From the NCBI GenBank assembly GCA_027008775.1, contig JALVDV010000005.1, forward strand, positions 3,300 through 67,299: a DNA stretch of 64,000 bases, written 5' to 3'. The position numbers and the translations under genes were made by a program. The DNA comes from Candidatus Moraniibacteriota bacterium (lineage in GTDB: Bacteria > Patescibacteriota > Minisyncoccia > Moranbacterales > DUUL01). Numbering within the stretch: the stretch's first letter is position 1; each line of letters opens with the position of its first letter. Positions 52,101-60,300 of this stretch are shown here, piece by piece. The notes below the pieces were generated by a model that saw nothing but the letters and a program-made list of their open reading frames with translations, ran no database searches and was not told the origin of the DNA.

Positions 52101-52944
52101 ATTTATCATTTCGGAAGAGTAGTCCTTGTAAATTTCCGGGATTTGATAAGTCGGCCGGTTCTGTGTTGGAAAGCAAGAGATTGCCCTGTTGATCAAGCAT
52201 AAATCTTTGTGCGCCGGCGGTGTCCATCCTGATGATATCTTCATCTGCCGATTCTTCCACTTGAATACCGGTGTCGTGATCAGTATCCCAAAGCGAGCCG
52301 GCAGATAAACTGGAGGGGCTGATCCAATCTAAGCCGTTGCCGGTAGAAGACAAAATCTCCCCGGCAACACCAACACTATTATTGGTATCATGAATTAAAA
52401 TGTCACCAGCGGATTGCAAAACTATATTTCCGGAGGAAACAGTTGTTATGAAAATATCCTCTCCTTCCGCATAAAGCCTTTTAGAAGTAAATGCGTATGG
52501 ATGAGTGGAAAGAGGAACACGAGGGGTTGCTTCCGCATCACTTCCTATTTTTACTCCCAAATAATATTGTTGAGTGAAATCTAAGTAATCGGGAAAATGA
52601 ATACATTCCCCCAAGTGTTGAGCAAAGATTCCATCTGTTCCGGGAGTTATTTGTTGACAATTGGGACTACTACCATCGTAGGTTTCCGTCCAAAGCAAAT
52701 AACCTCCGGCACTAGGGGTATCGGTAGGCGAGCCGTGAACAGGATCAGTGTATAACGAGAATTGGATTGTCACCGGAGTTGTAATAGGGTTACCAGAAGA
52801 ATCTCTAAGCCTGCCTTGGTAGTTAACAAAATCCGGGACCTGAGCTTTGGTGAAGTAGGAATAAGATAAAAATGCCAAAACGCTGAGAGCGAGAAAAGCT
52901 CCCAGTTTCATGACTTGTTTAAAAATGTATTTCTGTTTTTGCAT
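46150..52944 (-). CDS. Giant secreted tail-fibre/adhesin-like protein (2264 aa) with Gly/Ser-rich beta-helical repeats and C-terminal coiled-coil plus beta-sandwich module
   Basis: Signal peptide; long runs of SxAxGxxxxAxG head-type repeats (e.g. GGYASSVFGQTNQATDV, GAYATAFGYDTTASNNYSLAFG); C-terminus paralogous to that of the 57322..63621 gene. Confidence 0.85.
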   Translation of the reverse strand: MQKQKYIFKQVMKLGAFLALSVLAFLSYSYFTKAQVPDFVNYQGRLRDSSGNPITTPVTIQFSLYTDPVHGSPTDTPSAGGYLLWTETYDGSSPNCQQITPGTDGIFAQHLGECIHFPDYLDFTQQYYLGVKIGSDAEATPRVPLSTHPYAFTSKRLYAEGEDIFITTVSSGNIVLQSAGDILIHDTNNSVGVAGEILSSTGNGLDWISPSSLSAGSLWDTDHDTGIQVEESADEDIIRMDTAGAQRFMLDQQGNLLLSNTEPADLSNPGNLQGLLFRNDKFALRFGETNNNEWNDANIGNGSFASGRNNIVSGNYSSALGGGNNINDVYSVALGRYHTVTGSYAVAGGYQNTAGGYASSVFGQTNQATDVRAMAWGMNNQATADEATAFGYNTQATGARSLSFGRNTVASGAYATAFGYDTTASNNYSLAFGRSTIAGNDYAVAWGNDTNATGLGATAFGYRTTASGQYTLATGYYSEASGNNAVALNDTVANSYMMTAVGRFNVVDSNQSSDTWVDTDYLFVVGNGTGYQNANRSNAFVILKNGTITAPSFSLTEINAAGATALTTKEYVDSRVGNSIFDADADTGIQVEANPDEDYIRMQTAGTERFIIDNNGNTGIGIGNNPLVSVLQIGPGTSEASTFAVAANPAYMNIATFRDQDGENIFRARGSLANDDLIVTFGDWDWAYDHLSFGINTTTDSLDFYGGDFRLHEFAGSQSDYVGFKAPNDVASSVVWTLPSSDGNNGYLLQTDGAGNLSWTNPSTLNITNIYNSNGTLTGDRSVDGGMHALSFNNLNSTLFEITDGASNLTTMELTDSEFLGSVEDGTQNSGFGIQADEVYLYYTESTSGNTFQLDISDTNATIRDDINHRGIEYLADYSANYTDRTLVDKGYVDSLVSSSSFWVAGSSGTFSIRTTGNTASGGDATGNYSVAMGYNTSASTYYAIAEGAATSANGEGSHAEGRGSRAQGHASHAEGQQSVAGGYASHAEGLFTQANGSGSHSEGTGTIAQNNYQFAGGMYNVGTANDTIMEVGIGTGTSNRMNAFEIYTDGSILAPEFSIAEINARGNTSLTTKEYVDNAIATNANNIYNNDGTISEDRSIAGTGAHTVDFNMTDGLIDSGMTYNHTSSELYHQGGGVGSRVSVNVGDYVTITDLLSNRGAVYAADYSANYTNRSLVDKEYVDNQVASASPWFRDTTNGYIYQKFLTDRVGIGTATPDESLVVYDGNAKLSRDGVDPQIILEGRDTGYNWVMGIDEEENIGPGFFYIGQGANVNDTNALLRLTEDGNLFLDNTNQLHHGTQLSIMSDGNSNTDSMLFIGAASDSAYPRIALYRAKNNSASESGVVANDILGQIGFIGRNSTTTDYVASTFINAIATETWTNTAHGAALQFQTSLNGTDAPVRRLEIENDGTLNVAGTTDYELLVTDDDDIPNKAYVDTAIANNSPWTKNGTNLSPTTAGDDILLNAGETLSISDLTQGSIPFIGAGGLFSQDNNNFFWDDTNDRLGLGTSTPSSRLDVVGGNIQTDRALVARGTGTNGEAAHLVVDAEASTLHRLIETRNNNGIQFVVNGNNRVGIGSSNPGAPLHIRNTQDNSGAVIILQNTNEDYSSIFETATNPEGNISAFRGDLAIDGVNGNIYIKNDNDNTNTGWVRLLEEGDLTALWDADSDTGIQVEESADEDMIRFDTAGTQRMRIDNNGLLSYGTEKTDYDLAYFGTQHSVFVVNQEPTAMSTFTAVKYGDDGEPGRISFLKARGSEGAETAVQDGDEIAEFATAAYDGTRYMTTGGLIVKVDGTVGTDNVPSKLEFLTNPGNDLGAEVAMVLNHDGNLGIGVTDPSFKLEVHGDVGPDNSSYSLGSDSKRWLNLYLSSSGGLNIGSNTLGYSNISYNTSVNRLTLQNSVDSTNGFQFLDADGGTPILSIDTTDERVGIGTASPAYKLTISGGALMLEDSPAPTASQGFAGIYTSSGELYAFDDSGNSTQISPHNKNGEWWYNSTNVRTGQTLQIEMERLMKELNKTFGGGYIKENGQEIDLGENILNVLSLKTNQNINSLSDLQKNINQNLLLINDSLKEVNKQLAINQENIEDNENNLKTLSANINSLTELTTNLTNTLSDHEKRISKLESILKDNGANLDQEEKTDLPKSLQIFAENLKSLQKEGKKVEFTLDGKLVVEEIKTEKLEAKELATDNLTISDENNIGTATIKAGKKKVVVETDKVSAGSHIILTPHGAVVVGVGKIKKGESFEIVLAKEAEEDIKVEWLLVNRE

Positions 52945-53220
52945 TTTCTAGACTATTTTGAAATCGTCGTTTGTTTATATTTTCTACATTCTTCTTTATT
53001 TTCTGCGTCTTCTACATCCTCCGTGTAAACCCGCGTTTAATCCGCGTTAGTCTGCGATTGCGAAGCAATAAAAAAAGCGATTCCGCAGAATCACCCAATA
53101 AGCCCCCTATTAGCTTGTACTTGAATTTTACCAGAATTTGAGGAGAATGTCAAATTTTTTTGGTTTTTAGGATTTTATTGACATCTTATTAACATATTTA
53201 TAGCTGTTGTTAGTATTCTG

Positions 53221-53469
53221 TTAATTACTCCGATTAAGATATTGTAAAATTTCCTTTTTAAACAAATTCAAACTATCCATTTTTTCTCGCAAATACGCAT
53301 AGACTTTTTTACGGTCAATCTTTCCATATTCGTGAACCAAAATATTATGAAATCCCACAATTCCATCTAACTGCTCAACTAATTTTTTGGAAATAATTTT
53401 TTGCTTAAACAATAAACTAATGGCGTCTTGATTATCCTCCGGTCGCTCCAATTTATTGTCTATTATCAC
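53221..53469 (-). CDS. hepT: HepT-like (DUF86) toxin, N-terminally short
   Basis: 82 aa; GFHNILVHEYGKID resembles the HepT Rx4HxY RNase motif with R replaced by H. Confidence 0.5.
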   Translation of the reverse strand: MIIDNKLERPEDNQDAISLLFKQKIISKKLVEQLDGIVGFHNILVHEYGKIDRKKVYAYLREKMDSLNLFKKEILQYLNRSN

Positions 53470-53657
53470 TAGTTGTGTCGTGTCAATAATAATCTGAATT
53501 CATAATTGCAAATACCGTTCTGCTGTTCCAAAATAATGAAAATCACTTAAAAAGTGTTTTCACTACTAACCTCTTTGTTTATCTTTTTTAGATATTTTAA
53601 ATATTCGTCTAGTTGTTATATTTTATCATAAATTTTATTTCTGGTGGTTGGGCTCAT

Positions 53658-54104
53658 CTATGGTTTTGTTAAGAGTTCCAACTCTCTATCTGTATAGACC
53701 TTGTTGTACATCTCTAAAAATGGTTTAAAATCATAATACTCATTTGTTGTTTTCAAATCAAAATCCAACAAGGCATCATAATCTTTCTTGAAAAGAATTT
53801 TACCGGGTTGAACTATGGCAAATTTAAACAAAATATCTCTAGTATCATTGAGGGATACTACTTCCACTTTCTTTCCGTTAAAAACTGACGATAGTTCCGT
53901 TATCAACCTTAAACGATTTTTAAACCTTTCATCCTCATCAACCTTATCGGCAAACATTACGGCAATATCCACATCACTGCTTCCCATTGCCGTTCCATCC
54001 GCTTGTGAACCAAAAAGGTACGCAAAAATAATTTTGCGCTTTTCAAATAATTTTTCTATTTTTTTATTTTGTCGCATTCTCGGTCTTTTGGTTTCAATTG
54101 GCAA
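53658..54104 (-). CDS. mntA: MntA-like minimal nucleotidyltransferase (antitoxin partner of HepT)
   Basis: 148 aa; FAYLFGSQADGTAMGSSDVDIAV (GSxxxGxxxxxSDxD NTase motif). Confidence 0.6.
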   Translation of the reverse strand: MPIETKRPRMRQNKKIEKLFEKRKIIFAYLFGSQADGTAMGSSDVDIAVMFADKVDEDERFKNRLRLITELSSVFNGKKVEVVSLNDTRDILFKFAIVQPGKILFKKDYDALLDFDLKTTNEYYDFKPFLEMYNKVYTDRELELLTKP

Positions 54105-56362
54105 TACTTTTTTTGAAAACGTTTATATTTTCTGTAGAAATTCAATGCCAGTAAGAGCATTATTAACAATAATAGCCAGCACCACCAACCATAACGAAAG
54201 CGCAAAACCCTAAATTTCGCCAATTCTTTTGTTTTGACAATATAGTTATCCTCTGAGAGTGTGACCGCTGAAACTTTGTGCATTCCGTTAGTGAAGATGT
54301 TAGCCATCTCAATGCGCCAATAACCATTATTGTCGCTAAGACCGGTTACTATAATTGGAGTTGATTCAATCATCAGTGTTATTTGCGTATTGGGCAAGGC
54401 GGTTCCTTCAAAGATAACCTTGTCGGAGCTAACGGTAACCAACACCTGTTTCTCTCCACCAACTATGGCTGTTGATAAGCTGTTAGTTTTTAATTTGTCA
54501 AGCTTGTGTATATTGATATCATTTATTTCATTTAGGCTGATATAACTTAATTGGGAATTACTGATTTTGCTTTTGGCCGGCAACCATTTATCAAGACCCT
54601 CTTTTTTTGTTATTTGATTGATGATTGTGCAATCTTTGTATTTGGTAACGGTTTTTGTTTTTTCTTCGCAATCACAAGATGTCTCCTCGCAAGTTTCACA
54701 AACAGGGCAAGCTTCGCAATCGGGACAACTGCCATTAACCCCCGAAGCCAAACCGAAAGCCACTTGATTAGCGGCGTTGTTACTGAAGTCTCGCGCGTTA
54801 ACAACCACTTCCCAGGCGTGATCAAGAGCAAAATTACTGACCGGGTCAACGGTTATAAAATAGTCAGCCGGAGTACCGGAGTAGGTAAATTGATTGGCGC
54901 CGGTAGCGGTGTAAATAATTCCGTCAACTTGAGCGGTGACAGTGTTAATATTCACTCCCACTCCGCTATCGGTGCAGTGAAAAGTGATATTATCAGCTGT
55001 GCCGACATTAACCACCCCGGGGGTCGGTGTGAAAAGTGTACAAACCGGTCCTTGAGTATCGGCAGTGGTGAAGCTGTAAGTTAAATGTTGGTGATTGACA
55101 CTTGGGCAACCGTAATCATCAACATCTACCGTGACTGTGACCAGAGTGTTTTCCGGAAAGTCATTAGCCGGGTCTATAACAATGGAATAGTCATAAACGT
55201 TGCCATAATCATTTGTATTTAAAGGAGTGACTGTTAATTCCGGACTGGCAACAGTGTATGTTTGACTTCCCCAACCGGGGGCAGATACTGTGATTGTTAA
55301 AGTGGAGATGTTAACACCCGTACCCGGATAACCACCAGGATTAGCCAAGTCTCTTAAATTAAGAGATATATTACTATCGGAAGAAATGCCGGTCGCCCCA
55401 TTATTCGGATTTTGATTGTATATTTCCACCGGATCATTGTCCGGTTCGGTGGAAAAAGTATAGTTGTAATTGTTGAGACTATGGACAATCGGATTACCCA
55501 AATCGGAAAAACTCAAGTTCACTGTATAATTTTCGCAATAGTAAAGATTGTTTGTGGGGTTTATGGTAACATCGCAATAGGGAACGCGGTTGGCATTGGT
55601 AGTATGACAGGAGTGAGAAACTTGCGGACTGCCGGCCGTGTAATTGGTTGTTCCCCAGTTGGCGCCGGTCAGACTTTCCGTTAAAGTGGAGAAATTAACT
55701 CCGGCATCATCATCATTTAAACGATGTTGAATGTTGGCAATAACCGGCACATTGGAATCTCCGCCAGCCGGATTTTCATTGGTAACATAGGGAGTGTCAT
55801 CATCATCAGCAAAGTGTAAAGTATAGCTGTCGGCATGTTGCAGGATATCATTTCCGGAACCCGATTCCGCCAGGTTGGTATCGGTTGTATTGCCGGGAGT
55901 AAATTCAAAATCAAGGTCATAATCGCCGGCGCCATCCAGAACGGTGAAATAGAAATAAGCGAAACGACCAGAACCGGTGTATGAGTTACCGGGATTATCA
56001 TAAGCGCCCAAGGTGATTTTATTGCTGGTAACATGGTTGTTGGGATAATTATCGTATTGAGTTCCCGGGTAAATGGTGGTAGCGGGAGTGGAACAATCAC
56101 TGTTGACTATCTGTATGCGAGAATTGTCGTAGTTGATTTCCAAATCGGCGCCACCGGTAGCATGACCATCGGTGTCTAGCATCACGTCAACGCGGACACA
56201 ACGTCCGTGGTAGAATTCATTATGATTTGACCCCTGCCCTTCCGGTACGCTGAAACTAAAAGATGTGTCCGCCTGAGAAATTTTTCCAATTAAAAGAAAA
56301 AAGAGGACAAAACTCAAAAGAAATAGTCTTTTCAATATTGGTTTTTTATTCGTTTTTGTCAC
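54056..56362 (-). CDS. Cell-surface protein with N-terminal cohesin-like domain, Ig-like repeats, Cys-rich segment and C-terminal TM anchor
   Basis: 768 aa; signal peptide; VDVMLDTDGHATGGADLEINYDNSRIQIV...RFAYFYFTVLDGAGDY resembles the cohesin fold pattern; CPDCEACPVCETCEETSCDCEE; C-terminal WWCWLLLLIMLLLALNFY. Confidence 0.5.
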   Translation of the reverse strand: MTKTNKKPILKRLFLLSFVLFFLLIGKISQADTSFSFSVPEGQGSNHNEFYHGRCVRVDVMLDTDGHATGGADLEINYDNSRIQIVNSDCSTPATTIYPGTQYDNYPNNHVTSNKITLGAYDNPGNSYTGSGRFAYFYFTVLDGAGDYDLDFEFTPGNTTDTNLAESGSGNDILQHADSYTLHFADDDDTPYVTNENPAGGDSNVPVIANIQHRLNDDDAGVNFSTLTESLTGANWGTTNYTAGSPQVSHSCHTTNANRVPYCDVTINPTNNLYYCENYTVNLSFSDLGNPIVHSLNNYNYTFSTEPDNDPVEIYNQNPNNGATGISSDSNISLNLRDLANPGGYPGTGVNISTLTITVSAPGWGSQTYTVASPELTVTPLNTNDYGNVYDYSIVIDPANDFPENTLVTVTVDVDDYGCPSVNHQHLTYSFTTADTQGPVCTLFTPTPGVVNVGTADNITFHCTDSGVGVNINTVTAQVDGIIYTATGANQFTYSGTPADYFITVDPVSNFALDHAWEVVVNARDFSNNAANQVAFGLASGVNGSCPDCEACPVCETCEETSCDCEEKTKTVTKYKDCTIINQITKKEGLDKWLPAKSKISNSQLSYISLNEINDINIHKLDKLKTNSLSTAIVGGEKQVLVTVSSDKVIFEGTALPNTQITLMIESTPIIVTGLSDNNGYWRIEMANIFTNGMHKVSAVTLSEDNYIVKTKELAKFRVLRFRYGWWCWLLLLIMLLLALNFYRKYKRFQKKYCQLKPKDRECDKIKK

Positions 56363-56449
56363 TTGTTTATTTTTTGTTTTTAGTTGTGAATGGCAATTCT
56401 ATTTCCATTCTACACAAATATACGGAAAAAACAATTGTTAATTTTAGCT

Positions 56450-57229
56450 TTAGTCGCCTACTAGGGCATAGTTATTAACAACTTTGGTCATATCCAAAGA
56501 GTTAACTTGACCATTCTCGTCAACATCCGCTCTTTCGTCGGAAACGCCACTGTCCATAATTGCCCAGCGAGAAGTTAAATAAGTGACATCAACGGAATTG
56601 ACCATATTATCTCCGTCAGGATAAGAGGCGTTAACATAAACATCTCCGCAAAGCAGTTTCTCCGTACCGCCGACAGAAAAATCAACATCATTAACTCCAC
56701 TATTTAGAACAACATTATTGAGTCTTTTTCTTAGATGAGCATATCCTTTAACCGCCAAATCATAAGTGCCGGGAGAAATGCCCGTTAAAACCAGACCGCT
56801 GTAATGACCGTTGTTATCCGTATCATAATAGGAATAGACATGAATAGGAATTGTGTTACCAACACTGTACACATAAATTAAAACCCTGGTGCTATCGTTG
56901 CCGGTAGGGGGGATTCTTTTTTCGGGAATAACAGTGAAATTTATGGTCACTTCCCCATCCTCGGGATATAAATGCCCGTGACGAATATTGAAATCCGTAC
57001 TGTTTGACACATCCACACTGACATCACCAACTTGTTGTCTATCTAAATTGAAGTTACCTGAATTACTTTCTATACCACCAGCATTACCGACGTTTAACGG
57101 ATCAAGTTGGTAATTGGCAGAAGAAATAGCCAAAGCCAAACCGGGAATAAAAAGCAAGAGAAAAATCAATTTATTAGATATTTGTTGAAGCTTCATCGTT
57201 ATGTTGATGTTGTATTTATCGGGCGTCAT
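56450..57229 (-). CDS. Secreted protein with C-terminal dockerin-like tandem Ca-binding repeats (probable start at MKLQQ, 57196)
   Basis: Signal peptide LIFLLLFIPGLALA; DGDNMVNSVDVTYLTSRW and DVDENGQVNSLDMTKVVNNY match the dockerin D-x-N-x-DG-x-VNS-x-D pattern. Confidence 0.55.
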   Translation of the reverse strand: MTPDKYNINITMKLQQISNKLIFLLLFIPGLALAISSANYQLDPLNVGNAGGIESNSGNFNLDRQQVGDVSVDVSNSTDFNIRHGHLYPEDGEVTINFTVIPEKRIPPTGNDSTRVLIYVYSVGNTIPIHVYSYYDTDNNGHYSGLVLTGISPGTYDLAVKGYAHLRKRLNNVVLNSGVNDVDFSVGGTEKLLCGDVYVNASYPDGDNMVNSVDVTYLTSRWAIMDSGVSDERADVDENGQVNSLDMTKVVNNYALVGD

Positions 57230-57321
57230 TTGAAATCATAAGGTGTTTATCTTCCAATCCGTCTCTGCGCGTATTATTCCCACCAGAAGCGGATTTGCTG
57301 TTGTTTCAAAATTTTGCGCGA

Positions 57322-60300
57322 TCATTTTTCGTTAATGATAAACCATTGCACCTTCAAATCTTTGTCTAAAGCCTCACTTATTTTTATTTCAAAATATTCG
57401 CCCTTTTTGATTTTTCCCAAGGCGACATTGATTGGTTGACGCGGTGTTAGAAGGATGTGAGAATCTTCGTTAACAACTTTGTTGTTTATCCTGATTTTTG
57501 TTTCTCCGGCCGGAATTATGCCTTCACCAACTATTTTTTTCTCAACATCTTGATTGGAAACGGTAAATTTGGCAGTGGTGAGCGCTTCGGCTTCAAGATT
57601 TTTTACCTTTAGGTTTCCATCCAGATCAAAAGTTATTTTCTGTCCCTGTTTTTCAATTACCGCAATATGTTGCGCCCAATCTTTGATTGCCTGTTTAACT
57701 GTTCCATCTTCTTGGTTGACAAGACTAATATCTTGCGAGTCAATCTTTTCTTCCAAAACATTTACTTTATTTTCCAAATCGGCAATTCTTTCTTCGTGGT
57801 TTTCCAGGGTGGCGGTTATTTGCGTATTAAGATCGGCAAGACTGTTTATGTTGTCACTGAGATGTTTTCTTTCTTCTTCAGTTTCTTGAACAATATCCTT
57901 GATTTTATCAAGTTTAGCCTGATTATCTTGAACGTTGTTCCAGATATCTTTGAGAGCCTCCACTGTTACAGCCATAATTTTACCGTACTCCAGAGATAAA
58001 TATCCGTCCTTCTCCACATTAACAACTTCCGGCAATACTTTTTGCACATCCTGGGCTATAAAACCGATTTCCGGTTTGTTATCCATGCCCCGACGGAACG
58101 GGTGGCGAACAGTGTCCCATTTATAACTTACTCCCTGTAATTGCAAAACTTTGTCCAGGGCTGTTTCCGGCTCTATATTTTCAATATTTCTTTTTAGACG
58201 ACGATCAGAACTGGTAGCGGCGGACAAAGCGGTACAATTTGCATCAAATAGAGTGATGGAAAACGCTCTGTCGCGATATGTATTTGCGCTTGTTCCGTTG
58301 TCTCCTTCATGAATTATCACTTGGACATTATTTGTATTGTACGCGGAAACATCTATATTGACATCATCGCGAGTGGACGTTGATTCTTCTTTGGAAAGAT
58401 GAACATAATAATCATTGGTATTTACCGATTGCGAAAAATTAATTGTATAGCGACCGGTGTTTGTTCTGTTTACAGAAGATATTATTCCATAACTATTGGT
58501 AATTGTTCCATTGCCTTGTATTTTAGCTCCTCCCATTACACAAGATGTTGGATTTTGCCATTCAAAGCCGGTAGCAGTAGCCGTTAGGACCTGTCCAATG
58601 GTGCCGGCAGAATTGTTGTTGTCTTTTAAGGCTCCCTCCACACGTAGAGAACCGGCAATATGCAATGTATCTGTTGGAGAAGAAACACCAATTCCAACAT
58701 TACCATCGTTCTGAACGGTTAACAAAGCGTTTGATGTTTGAGCCACCGATTCATCCACGTTAGCCACCGAATCTAAGCGGGCAATGATATATTTATCGGA
58801 GTCGGCGTAGGGACGACCGGCAAACCACTCATTGTCTCCACCTTCATCGTGCATAAATATACCGGTGCCACGGTAGTTGGTGCCGGAGGTGGCTTGTAAA
58901 ATAAGGGCGGCATTGGTGTAACCGGAAGAACTTCCCCGTAGTCTTATTCTGGCGGAACGATTTGGATTGGAGCCGGTTCTATCAACATCAATATCATAAC
59001 TTGGAGAAACAGTACCAATACCAATCAAGTCAAAATTGTTTATTATTAAATTGTGATTATTGTTGTTTCCATTGATAATTAGGTCACCAGTATTATTTTG
59101 TATATACGAATTTGTTCCATTGTGATATAAGGCAAGATCTTGACTTTCACCAAGCATTAAATCACCGCCGGGACCTGTTCCACCGGCAACACCATCTCCA
59201 TCTTCATCTAAAATCCAGTCACCGCTTTCGGCATAAATCCCATAGTTATTGGTTGAAGCGTTGGCGACATTTATATATAATCCGTAATTGGTTGTCGCAT
59301 TGCTACTGTTGGCGTAAAATCTTCCGGCATAAGCCGTGTTGGCAGCGGCAACAGCGGCATAAAGCGCTGTAGCATTTATCATATTGTTAGCACCGATACG
59401 CTTCGTAACACTAAAATAACCACCGTAACCATTCGTTATGTCTCCTCCGTCATCGGAATCAACTCTCACCTGACCGCGAATTCCATAGGCGGTACCGATA
59501 TCTCCGTCATATCCATTATTCGTACTGATATACCCGTATATGCCATAGGCTGTATTGATGTTTGATTTATAAGGATAAACATTTGCGTAGGATCCGTAAG
59601 CCATATTAATATCGCCGGCCGTACTACCAGCGCCGGAATATCCAACGGATTGTCCATAAGAACCTATGATGGTGGTAACATCAGCAGCGTCGTCACTGGC
59701 ATATTGACGCGCTACACCAACCACTCCATATAAGTTGCCTAGATCTGAAGTTGCATTGCTGGAGTTCCTGGCTTCAAACAAGCCTCCCCGATTATATCTG
59801 AAGGTATGTGTTCCATTGGTTTGCGTGAAACCATAAACAGCCGTCCCATCAGAATCATATCCATTAGCAATATCTTCTGTTTTATTGTTAATGAGATAAA
59901 AGTAGCCTCCATAAGATATTCTATCAGCAGTTAGTGTTGGGGAAGTAATGATGCCAGAAGCTTGAATTTGCACACTGTTGCTATCAATATTAAAATTTTC
60001 TGTTACCCTCAAGGTTTGATTATTGACAATACCGGCATTGGCGCCAACAGCGGCGTGATTGGCAACATCAAGACCTTCTCCTTCGGTAAGTCTCATCAAC
60101 TCCAGAGCTCCAGTGGTGGAGTCTGAGTCGCTTGACCATCTGAAATATTCACTTGTGCTGTTATTATCAGCATCAATATTAAATAACATATTGGAATCTG
60201 CAGAAAGCAGTCCCTGAGCATCAAACCAAACATCAGACCCATTAGAAACATTGCCATCACCTTTATCAAAGACAATGTGATTAGCAATATCAAATCTTGA

